From a virus (lineage: Duplodnaviria > Caudoviricetes): a stretch of DNA of 64,000 bases. The stretch lies in the IMG/VR virus record IMGVR_UViG_2936984999_000001, positions 32,001 to 96,000 of that record; one strand, given 5' to 3'. The translations under genes and the position numbers were made by a program. This document shows, piece after piece, positions 1 through 8,670 of this stretch. Each line of letters starts with the position of its first letter. Position 1 is the first letter of the stretch. Below the pieces are notes generated by a model. The model was not told where the DNA came from. It worked only from the letters and a program-made list of their open reading frames with translations, and searched no databases.

Positions 1-54
1 TGACATAATAAACAAAATCTCCCTTCTGAAAAATGAGAATTATTTTTTGGCATT

Positions 55-85
55 AAAAAAGAGCCTATCTAATTGATAGACTCTT
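55..85 (-). terminator. Intrinsic terminator downstream of the toxin-antitoxin operon
   Basis: Minus strand AAGAGTCTATC-AATTA-GATAGGCTCTT hairpin followed by a T run. Confidence 0.7.
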
Positions 86-178
86 GTGTGTGCTGATAAA
101 ACTAATACCGAACTTTCACTTATTTTATTCTCTCCCTTACTTCATTTTGAGAATATTCGCTTTGTTGAGGTTTTATTA

Positions 179-481
179 TTATTTCACAGGTTTCATTGAT
201 ACTACTTCTAAGGTTTTCCCTAAAGAATTAAGTACTTTTAATACTGTAGACAACTGTGGATCTGTGGTTCCCTTCTCCATCCGAGAAATAATTGGTTGTT
301 TAATTCCGCTCATAATTTCAAGCTGTTTTTGAGTAATACCCTCCTCTTCCCTTGCCTGAACAATTTCATTTATGATTGCTCTCCGAACTTTACTTTCTGC
401 AATCTCTTCTGGAGTGTACATCTGATCTCTAAATTCGTCCCAGGATGTACCCCTGGGACTGATTTTCTTTTTACTCATCAT
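179..481 (-). CDS. XRE-family HTH antitoxin (HigA-like)
   Basis: HTH signature AREEEGITQKQLEIMSGIKQPIISRMEKGTTDPQLSTVLKVL; lies downstream of and overlaps a RelE-like gene; ATG at 481 follows a GAGGTG RBS. Confidence 0.85.
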   Translation of the reverse strand: MMSKKKISPRGTSWDEFRDQMYTPEEIAESKVRRAIINEIVQAREEEGITQKQLEIMSGIKQPIISRMEKGTTDPQLSTVLKVLNSLGKTLEVVSMKPVK

Positions 482-833
482 CTTCACCTCTTTCTATATA
501 GTCATTCATAAGTTTTTCTGCTTTTTTAATTTCTCTTTTTGGCGTTTTTTGTGTTTTCTTTTGAAAATGAGATAATAGAACGATTTTATTATCAATGTAT
601 GCAAAGAATAAAATTCTATCCCTTAGTGGTCGCAATTCCCAGATTTTACCTTCGAGATGTTTCACAAAAGGAATTCCTGCTCTCGTTCCTTTCTCTTCAA
701 GCTCGTCAATGTAGTCCAAAATTTTCTCACGCTTTATTCTATTGTCTTTTGTATCCTTCTCAAATAATGAGAGGATGTAGTCTCTTACCGGCTCTTTGCC
801 TTTCTTGTCTCTGTAAAAAATAACCTCAAACAA
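471..833 (-). CDS. RelE/HigB-superfamily toxin (phage Gp49-like)
   Basis: Motifs KHLEGKIWELRPLRDRILFF and LLSHFQKKTQKTPKREI; toxin-before-antitoxin order as in higBA; TTG start. Confidence 0.85.
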   Translation of the reverse strand: MFEVIFYRDKKGKEPVRDYILSLFEKDTKDNRIKREKILDYIDELEEKGTRAGIPFVKHLEGKIWELRPLRDRILFFAYIDNKIVLLSHFQKKTQKTPKREIKKAEKLMNDYIERGEDDE

Positions 834-861
834 ATCCTTTATTCTCCTTTCTTTTGAGCCG

Positions 862-890
862 ATTATAACTTAAAAGTATATTCTTGTCAA
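862..890 (-). promoter_or_regulatory. Consensus sigmaA promoter of the TA operon with overlapping imperfect palindrome
   Basis: Minus strand TTGACA-17 nt-TATAAT (perfect consensus); ATAACTT-AA-AAGTATAT imperfect inverted repeat across the spacer and -10. Confidence 0.85.
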
Positions 891-922
891 TAAAAAATTG
901 TGATTTCCCTTATGGAAATCAA

Positions 923-1080
923 AGCCCACAAGCGGAATCGAACCGCTATCTATCCGTACACACTAAGGGAGAGGCATCTATAAGCTCAGGGGTTAAGCTA
1001 CGTATTTTTGCGCAGTTTTGGGGTATGCGTGATTAACTGTGTGGTGTGCGGATTATACTTTGCCTTTGTACTATGTGGGC
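923..1080 (-). ncRNA. tRNA-shaped RNA with ~90-nt region replacing the anticodon loop
   Basis: Acceptor GCCCACA/TGTGGGC, D arm GTAC..GTAT, stem ATCCG/CGGAT, T arm AGCGG-TTCGATT-CCGCT; no 7-nt anticodon loop. Confidence 0.7.
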
Positions 1081-1097
1081 GTGAATTTTTGGGCAAC

Positions 1098-1131
1098 AAA
1101 AAAAGGACCCAGTGAATTAACACTGAGTCCT
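1098..1131 (-). terminator. Intrinsic terminator
   Basis: Minus strand AGGACTCAGTG-loop-CACTGGGTCCT followed by a T run. Confidence 0.75.
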
Positions 1132-1149
1132 GGATTTTTAATTTCTGTT

Positions 1150-1365
1150 TTAGTCCCCAAATTTTGTACCGTCTGGAAACTCAAAATAACTATGATACTC
1201 TGCACCCATTACATGGGCAATTTCCTCAAGCTCTTCTTTTGTAAATTTGCTTGTTTTAATTCTACGTGAAATATTTGGTTGTGCAACTCCAAAGTGATTT
1301 CCAATATCTGTTTTAGTCATATTGCTATGAATCAAAGATAATTCTATCATTTCTTTTATGTCCAT
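1150..1365 (-). CDS. Small Cro/XRE-like HTH DNA-binding protein
   Basis: MTKTDIGNHFGVAQPNISRRIK HTH pattern; AGGAGGT RBS. Confidence 0.75.
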   Translation of the reverse strand: MDIKEMIELSLIHSNMTKTDIGNHFGVAQPNISRRIKTSKFTKEELEEIAHVMGAEYHSYFEFPDGTKFGD

Positions 1366-1422
1366 ATCAAAATACCTCCTATATATGTATTATATGACAT
1401 GCTAGAAGGTATTTCAAGTATT

Positions 1423-1839
1423 TTATGCCTGATTCCATTGAACATACATTGATCTGCGGAAATCGTGCATGGGATTTTTAGAGCATTCGTAGTCTGTCGT
1501 GTACCCACTATTACCTAAACGGACTCCACCTCCTGCACCTTTGCGCTTATGAGAGTGTTTCATCATATCCTCATAGTTGTTGTGATCTGGTTTTATTCTA
1601 CGGAGATTCTTACTGTAGTATTCCCACATAGCGTTAGTGAGGATATTTTTCTCATGGGTCTTGACCCATTTGCCCTGGTCTGGCAGCCACACAAACAGCT
1701 CCAGAAAACCTATTCTTTTTGTGTGGAAATTGGTACATACTAAACGCATACCATTATCAAGGCGCATTACTACAGAGTTCATGGGGAAATACATCCCACG
1801 GATATTTTCCCGGCTTAAAGTATGATAGATTTTACACAT
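1423..1839 (-). CDS. Hypothetical phage protein
   Basis: ORF with AAGGAGG RBS before ATG at 1839 (MCKIYH...). Confidence 0.65.
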   Translation of the reverse strand: MCKIYHTLSRENIRGMYFPMNSVVMRLDNGMRLVCTNFHTKRIGFLELFVWLPDQGKWVKTHEKNILTNAMWEYYSKNLRRIKPDHNNYEDMMKHSHKRKGAGGGVRLGNSGYTTDYECSKNPMHDFRRSMYVQWNQA

Positions 1840-1915
1840 GGTAAATTCCTCCTTCTTAATCTTAAAATGTGTACTATAAAAGGGCAGAACATGTCTGCCC
1901 TTCAAACTACACACT

Positions 1916-2746
1916 TTATGCAAAGTAGTGCTTAATAACTATGTTTAAAATAGTTGTTGCAAGTCCGGAATAGTCATACTCCACCTTGCCTGTCTTTTTG
2001 TTCTTGCGCTCTTTGACCAGTTTATTGAGCTGACGCTTCTTAAATGTTACACGTCCGGTCTCGTCATCCTGGTCGAATTTGTTGGAAAAACCTTTAATAT
2101 AGCAATCGTTGAGGAGTTTCTTATCCTCTGCGGTAAGTTTAACACGAGTTTTAGTCGTATATGGAGTCTCGAATGGGAGACTGAATGTAACCTTGATGAT
2201 ACGCTCTAACTCCTGGGAAGCCTGTTTATAAGCAGACTTCACCTCGTCTGTGAGGATAAGTTCACCATCCTCCCCAGCTGTGGAGTTGACATGGATTGCC
2301 TCAAGTGCATTGTAAAGGTCTGGGGACTGGAATGCCGGAATGATTGCGTACTTGATGAGCTTAGAGTTATCCCAGGAAGCCAGTACACGGAGAATAGTCC
2401 GAACAGTGTCGGAATCATTGCCAAAGTGATTCTCATTCTTCTCAGACATGATGTTTACAACTATGTCATGTGTAGACTCAGTATCTGCGGACTTCTCCTC
2501 AAGCTCAGATTTAGTCTTTTTAAGAGACTCCATCTGTTGCTCAAGTGCCTCTTTTTCCTCTTCTGTCGCGTCACTGTCCTCTGAATTGGCATTGTTAATT
2601 TTCTTCTGAAGTGCCTCAATCTGGCTGTCCACTAACTGAATTGACATGAGCGCGTTTTCATGGTCAATTGCCTCCATGAACTCTTTCTTTGTTTCTGGTG
2701 TAGCTGATTCGTTCCAAAAATTGATTGCTAACATTGTGTTTTTCAT
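1916..2746 (-). CDS. Hypothetical protein with N-terminal coiled coil
   Basis: Long ORF, E/K-rich heptad region, GAGGT RBS before ATG at 2746. Confidence 0.75.
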   Translation of the reverse strand: MKNTMLAINFWNESATPETKKEFMEAIDHENALMSIQLVDSQIEALQKKINNANSEDSDATEEEKEALEQQMESLKKTKSELEEKSADTESTHDIVVNIMSEKNENHFGNDSDTVRTILRVLASWDNSKLIKYAIIPAFQSPDLYNALEAIHVNSTAGEDGELILTDEVKSAYKQASQELERIIKVTFSLPFETPYTTKTRVKLTAEDKKLLNDCYIKGFSNKFDQDDETGRVTFKKRQLNKLVKERKNKKTGKVEYDYSGLATTILNIVIKHYFA

Positions 2747-3481
2747 ATTAACCTCTTCTTTCTCCCACATGTGGGTACAAAAATAGTTTATTGTTTCGTG
2801 TTATGCACACTACCAAAGGGTAAACTTGTTTCGTTCACCCTTTGAACTATGTATAACTTTTGTATATAACCAGATAAGTCCTTACGTGACTGGCAGACAT
2901 TACTCTGCACAAAAAGGATAGGTTTTACCCTATTCCCACAACTTTATATACTGTATTGCTACTAGCTGATGTTAAATGCTAGTTGTTATTTTTTTCTATT
3001 CACTCTTTCGAGTGATGGGCTTCAATCGGAATCTTTATCGCCCACTGCCTAGAATATAGACTGGACTCCAATTTTATCCAAAGAGACTAACTAAACTCTT
3101 GTCATGTACACTGGTATGCACACCTCACCACAAAGTACGACTGAATGGCTTAACTACTTCAAGGTGTAGTCTTATACCCTTTATTCAATTTGTACACCAG
3201 CAAAATTTTATAAAAATCTGGTGGCACTCCAATGTTTTGTAGTTCACACGTTTTGGTGTACTGTCTAGGACAGCTTGACTACTTGTGTGCAAAACACTTT
3301 TGTGTTTTATTTTTCTAGGGATTTATACTTGCCAGAAGTCCTTTGAAATGCTACAATAGATATTGTCAAGGTATCTATTGAGGACTTCCAGATTAAAACC
3401 CTATTCTATGTAGTTGTTGAAAATCTGGAAATTTCTCACCTCTTTCTCATACCGTTATTGATATGTTTTGTTGATAGTTGC

Positions 3482-3510
3482 ATATTACCATATCGTTATT
3501 GATATGTCAA
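3482..3510 (-). promoter_or_regulatory. Leftward sigmaA promoter
   Basis: Minus strand TTGACA-17 nt-TAATAT with TGn extension; CGTTATTGATATG occurs twice (~3453 and ~3494). Confidence 0.6.
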
Positions 3511-3600
3511 TACTTTTTTAAAACTTTTTTGCAATCTCGATTTTGACCGCCCCACATGGGCTTTGAAGTCGTTGTTGCTGTATCTCAATTGCTTGACGCA

Positions 3601-3690
3601 AGTATAACACTTTGTACAAAGTATTTTCAAGTCGGAATATTGTACAAAGTGTAGCTTGCTTTTCTGTTCACTTTGTACAAAGTGTATAAT
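3601..3690. promoter_or_regulatory. Triple palindromic operator array (ACTTTGTACAAAGT) overlapping promoter elements
   Basis: Palindromes at 3609-3622, 3640-3651 (partial) and 3669-3684 (16 bp perfect); minus strand TTGAAA-18-TATACT at 3601-3630; plus strand TATAAT at 3685. Confidence 0.65.
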
Positions 3691-3855
3691 TGCATACTTT
3701 TTAATTCGCCTTTATTAGAAGGAATATTTCAAAAATACAGAAGTAAAAACCATGGAAAGTATTGATTTTACTAGCGTTGTGGGCTGTCGTATGGTATAAT
3801 TCTTGTAGAATTACTTCTATATAATGCAAAAAAATGAAAGTAGGTTGATATATAA

Positions 3856-4065
3856 ATGTCAGATAATAATGAAAATAAATTCAATAAAGTAAAATATGAT
3901 AATGATTATATAAAAAATAACTATGACCAGGTACGCTTTACAGTCAAAAAAGGTAAAAAAGAAGAATTGAAAATACATTGTAGCAAGTTTGGTTATAAAA
4001 GTCTGAATGATTTTATAAATCAAGCTGTAAATGAGAAAATAGCTAGGGATTTAGGTGAAATATAA
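3856..4065 (+). CDS. Small Arc/ribbon-helix-helix-like DNA-binding protein
   Basis: YDQVRFTVKKGKKEELK...SLNDFINQAVNEKI fits the strand-helix-helix pattern; RBS and TG-TATAAT upstream. Confidence 0.65.
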   Translation: MSDNNENKFNKVKYDNDYIKNNYDQVRFTVKKGKKEELKIHCSKFGYKSLNDFINQAVNEKIARDLGEI

Positions 4066-5505
4066 ATACAATTTAGTGTATTATGGCTATTGTGCGTGTA
4101 ATTGTATAATTGTTTGAAAACATCCGTGTGGGAAATACATTTTGTAAGCAGTGAGTTGAGCTGCGGTATAGGCATATTGCACAAAAGCGTTGATTTTAGT
4201 GGGGTTGTGGGCTGTGATATGGTGTGGATTGCATGGTGAAAGTGTCTTTTTGAGGGTAATTTTTAGGGAATCGGGGGAAAGACATTGTGCAAAGTGCATA
4301 AAATGGTGTACAGGAATACTATGTCATGTAGTTTTGAAAACTATATAAGGTAGTTTAGTATTCCATATGTGATAGTTTATGGTATACATGATGTACTATA
4401 GTGTACTAGTTAAATTGTTTTGAAAATGATATAACATAGTTTTCGATACTGTATTATATGGTATTACTGCAATGTCTGGTAAAAAATTTCATTTTATCCA
4501 TAGCCATTAAACCCTTGTAAATACTGGATTTCTACGACTTTTTACCCTATTTTTTTGAAAAATTCCTACTATATACCAGTTTAAAGCCCTTGCCAGACAA
4601 CGCCAGAATGTCTTGTATAGTAATTTCTATATTTTCTATCATAGAAGTATAAAAGCATGTCTACTAATATCTATTAGAAGTCATAGAAAATAAGGGATGG
4701 GGGTACTTTCCATCCTGGAGCAGATCCAGGATCGGCTCAGCAGCATAAGCAGGTCAATCTCCACACTGACTGGAAAATGCATCTATCCCAATAAATCCCT
4801 ATAATCCGCACCACTACATTACTCTCTCATCGTATCGACCACCGTATCGTAAAATCCCAGTTTTTTCCTATCATCTTTCACTCCCACTCCACAAAAATCA
4901 CACCAAAAATCACACAAAAATCACACACCAATCTCGCTCAACTCAAATAAATTCAAGCCATCAATCGATACCGTTCAACCATCCAAGTTCCTCCACAACC
5001 ATCGCTCCCCACTCACCACACCAAAATCTCAATGTTTTCCTGGCATAACTAGCAATTTTTCACTATTACAAAAACACTCATTCGATAAAATCCAAATAAA
5101 TCCCTACTCAAATCCCATTTTACTCATCACATCAATCGCATTCTTTCCTATATAAATACTGTTATCTCTCGGTATCAAAAAAACACAACTTAATTCACAC
5201 AATTTAACTAAAAAATTTAAAAGCAGCCATCCAATCCGGATATGCTGCTTTATTTTTTTAACTCAACACTCACTCAAATCCCAGTATTTTTAACACATCT
5301 ATAATCTACACCTACATTATATCAAAATTCCACCCTAAAAATCGACCAAACACCTCTACCCTACCAATTTACCATCAACTACTATCTCGTCAAAATTTAC
5401 CATCAAAAACTCATCTAAAGTACCGTAATGGGGGTATGTTTTAATCTCAGCTGCACTCACTACCCAGATCACCATCCAGGTCTAATATATAGCTATATTT
5501 TTTTT

Positions 5506-5571
5506 AATCTAATTCAAATCTAATTCAAATCTAATTCAAATCTAATTCAAATCTAATTCAAATTTAACTCG
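5506..5571. repeat. 11-bp tandem repeat AATCTAATTCA x5 plus one degenerate copy
   Basis: Perfect units start at 5506, 5517, 5528, 5539 and 5550. Confidence 0.95.
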
Positions 5572-5758
5572 AATTTACATTAAACTAATACACTTCTCAT
5601 TTTGTATCAAATTTAATTCCTAAGAATAAAATGAAAATCCATTTAGAAGTCTATATTGATCCATCTATCTCACTTTCACTATCACTATTTTTAGATTAAA
5701 TACAAATCTAAACAAGAAGAAAATAACACAGCATATATCAGTTAAGGAGAATTTAAAT

Positions 5759-6106
5759 ATGAATAATAACGAAATTCAGAGATACGTATCTATCTTACTT
5801 GGCAAAGAAAATGTTGAAACAATATCAGATCTACAACTTTTGTTTAATCGCTATGACGTACATATCTCCAGACGTTTTGACGCAGTAGAAAATGGCGAAC
5901 CTATGCTTTACCGTAGAGAAGATCTTACACAATGGGCAAAAGAAGCATTTGAACGTGGTGAAAAATATTTTTATTGCAACCCAGTTGATGAGAAAAATCC
6001 TTATGGACCATTAGTTCTTTGTAAACCAGAATACAAATATAGGTTACTTCGTGCACTAACTGAAGAAGAATACAATAACGTTTTTTCAGAATATAAAGAA
6101 AAATAA
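5759..6106 (+). CDS. Hypothetical protein
   Basis: ORF with AAGGAG RBS; first gene of the long rightward block. Confidence 0.7.
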   Translation: MNNNEIQRYVSILLGKENVETISDLQLLFNRYDVHISRRFDAVENGEPMLYRREDLTQWAKEAFERGEKYFYCNPVDEKNPYGPLVLCKPEYKYRLLRALTEEEYNNVFSEYKEK

Positions 6107-6137
6107 TTTAGAAGTAGATATTAAGGAGGAATTATTT

Positions 6138-6437
6138 ATGGCTCAACGACCATATACAGAGCTACAAAGATATTTAAGAAAACTTTATAATAAAGGAACT
6201 ATTTTTCTTATGTGGGCAGATAGAAAAGAATTAATAGAAACTATAAATGCTAAAAGCAATGGAAAACTTTTAAAGAGAGCATCTTCTATTAATAAAGTTT
6301 TAGAAGAACGAAAAATCAATTTTCGTATAAAACCAATAACAAAACAAATTACTTTTGTAGATGAAAATGGAAATAAAATTAGAAGAAGATATAAAAGTGC
6401 ATGGCGCATTATAAAAATTCCAAAGGAGGAAAAATAA
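6138..6437 (+). CDS. Hypothetical basic protein
   Basis: AAGGAGG RBS; K/R-rich ORF. Confidence 0.7.
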   Translation: MAQRPYTELQRYLRKLYNKGTIFLMWADRKELIETINAKSNGKLLKRASSINKVLEERKINFRIKPITKQITFVDENGNKIRRRYKSAWRIIKIPKEEK

Positions 6438-6440
6438 TTT

Positions 6441-7673
6441 ATGATAACTGTAATTGATTCTATCATGGGATCTGGTAAAACCAGTTGGGCAATTCAACAC
6501 GTTAATGAAGCTGATTACTGTAATGACCGTTTTCTTTATATAACTCCATTCTTAGATGAAGTAAAACGTATTATGGATAAAACTGATGTCGATTTCTTCC
6601 AACCACAAAACAGAGGAAAGGGCAAATTAAATAATATCAATATGTTATTTCAGAAAGGTTCTAATATTGCTTCTACCCACGAACTATTTAAGAATTTTGA
6701 TGAAAATACTCGATCTAACATAAGAGAAATTTCACAAACACTTAATTACACTCTTATTCTTGATGAGGTATTAAATGTAATTGAACCTTATACAGAATTA
6801 AAACAAGGTGATTTACGAATTCTTAAGCAAGGCGGTTGGATTACAATTGACGAAGATGGCTTTGTTATATGGAATGAAAAAGAATATAAACTGGATAGCA
6901 AATATAACGACATTAAACAATTAGCAATCACAAAATCACTGCTATGTATTAATGACACTATTCTTCTTTGGAGATATCCACCAGAAATTTTTTCTTATTT
7001 TAAAAATATTTATATTCTTACATATATGTTTGATGCAAGTATTTTAAAATATTATTTTGATGTATATCATATCGACTATACAGTAAAAAGTATTATACTT
7101 GAAAATGGATTTTATAAAATTGTAGATTATTATAAACCAGATACAACTAAATATCAGGATCTCATTAATATTTACGAAGGTAAACTTAATGAAAATATTC
7201 CATGTAAACTTACATCATTTTCAAGTAGCTGGTTTGATACTGCAAATAAAAATTATACAGATAAATTAAAAAATAACATTTACAATTATTTTACAAATAT
7301 TATTAATTCTTCATCAAAAGATATTATGTGGACTTGTTTTAAGAAAGCAAAAAACAAACTAAAAGGTAAGGGATATACAAAGCAGTTTGTTCCATGTAAT
7401 TGTAGATCAACAAATGATTATAATGAAAAATCTACATTAGTTTATTGTTGCAATATCTTTTTTCATCCAGGAATAACTAACTTCTTTTCAAAACACAATT
7501 TAACATTAAATGCAAATAAATATGCTTTATCAGAAATGATTCAATGGATTTGGAGAAGTAAAATAAGAAATGATGAAAAAATTAATATTTACATTCCTTC
7601 TGTCCGTATGAGAATGCTTCTCAAAGAATGGTTAAAATTAGATGATGAGAAAATTAATGAAAAAAGTTTTTAG
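6441..7673 (+). CDS. SF2 helicase-like P-loop protein (reminiscent of SPbeta YonV; possible origin-binding role)
   Basis: Walker A VIDSIMGSGKT, motif Ia YITPF, Walker B LILDEV, C-terminal QWIWRSKIR. Confidence 0.7.
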   Translation: MITVIDSIMGSGKTSWAIQHVNEADYCNDRFLYITPFLDEVKRIMDKTDVDFFQPQNRGKGKLNNINMLFQKGSNIASTHELFKNFDENTRSNIREISQTLNYTLILDEVLNVIEPYTELKQGDLRILKQGGWITIDEDGFVIWNEKEYKLDSKYNDIKQLAITKSLLCINDTILLWRYPPEIFSYFKNIYILTYMFDASILKYYFDVYHIDYTVKSIILENGFYKIVDYYKPDTTKYQDLINIYEGKLNENIPCKLTSFSSSWFDTANKNYTDKLKNNIYNYFTNIINSSSKDIMWTCFKKAKNKLKGKGYTKQFVPCNCRSTNDYNEKSTLVYCCNIFFHPGITNFFSKHNLTLNANKYALSEMIQWIWRSKIRNDEKINIYIPSVRMRMLLKEWLKLDDEKINEKSF

Positions 7674-8364
7674 GAAGTCAAACTTCCTAAAATTGAAAAA
7701 TTAGGGCTTTCGATGCCAATAAAATAAAGGGATCTCAATTTTAATTCCTTAAAAGACAAAATAAAAAAATTTATAAAAAGAGCTATATAAAAATAAAACC
7801 AATTTTATACAATCAAACCAATTTCGAACGAACAATTTTGAAGCGTTAGCGAAAAATTGTGAAGTGATTCCAAATGAACGAAGCTTTAGCGAAGTGAATG
7901 CGGTTAAGCACTGTCGGAACGACAGGATAGTTAGTTTGAAATATTGATTATAAATATTTATTATAAAATTTTGATTATACTTTACTGGTGTTCCACCAGA
8001 GGCTGCCGCACTCACTTCGCTTACGCTACGTTCATTTGTCATCACTACGCTATATGTTCGCTACGCTTCACATCTAGCTTCGTTCTAATTGATTTTGTTA
8101 TTTACTATTATTATCATTATTTATTACTCATTATCTATTCAGATAAATAAATTCCAATATAACTTATAACTAAATAGAGAAGAAATTAATAGTCAGGTGT
8201 GAAATAACACATTTGCAATTTTTGTGAATAAAGATTTTTCTATTAAGAAGAATTTTATATGACCTACTACCCTTCAACCCTTCACATTTAGTAGGTTATG
8301 TAACTTATCAACCTCGCACAGAAAGGATTAATACTAATTATGTTAAAAGGAGTACATACTAAAT

Positions 8365-8664
8365 ATGAATACAGAAGTAAACACAGACAACGTTGCACTT
8401 ACACAGAGATTATCATCTAAGACTACTAAAAATTATTATACAGGTGGTACATTTCCTGCTATACCATCTCGTGAAGAATTTCATCGCTATGCATCAAATA
8501 TATTAAATTTATATGCCTTTGAGACTGATTATCCTCCATTTCCTAGTTGTAATATTAATGCTGCAGCTTCTTCTATTGGATGGACAAAGAGTAATAATAA
8601 GAATAAGGGAAATAAATATAAATTTAAATCAACTAAAAATTCTACTAAGAAAGATCATCAATAA
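8365..8664 (+). CDS. Hypothetical protein
   Basis: ORF with AAGGAG RBS, directly upstream of the RNA polymerase gene. Confidence 0.55.
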   Translation: MNTEVNTDNVALTQRLSSKTTKNYYTGGTFPAIPSREEFHRYASNILNLYAFETDYPPFPSCNINAAASSIGWTKSNNKNKGNKYKFKSTKNSTKKDHQ

Positions 8665-8670
8665 TGTAAG

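Noticed and set aside
923-1080. tmRNA or group I intron-containing tRNA
   Set aside because: Has a D stem, lacks the alanine G3.U70 identity pair, and the insert is too short with no P/Q/R/S motifs
5506-5571. CRISPR array
   Set aside because: Head-to-tail 11-bp units with no spacers and no cas genes
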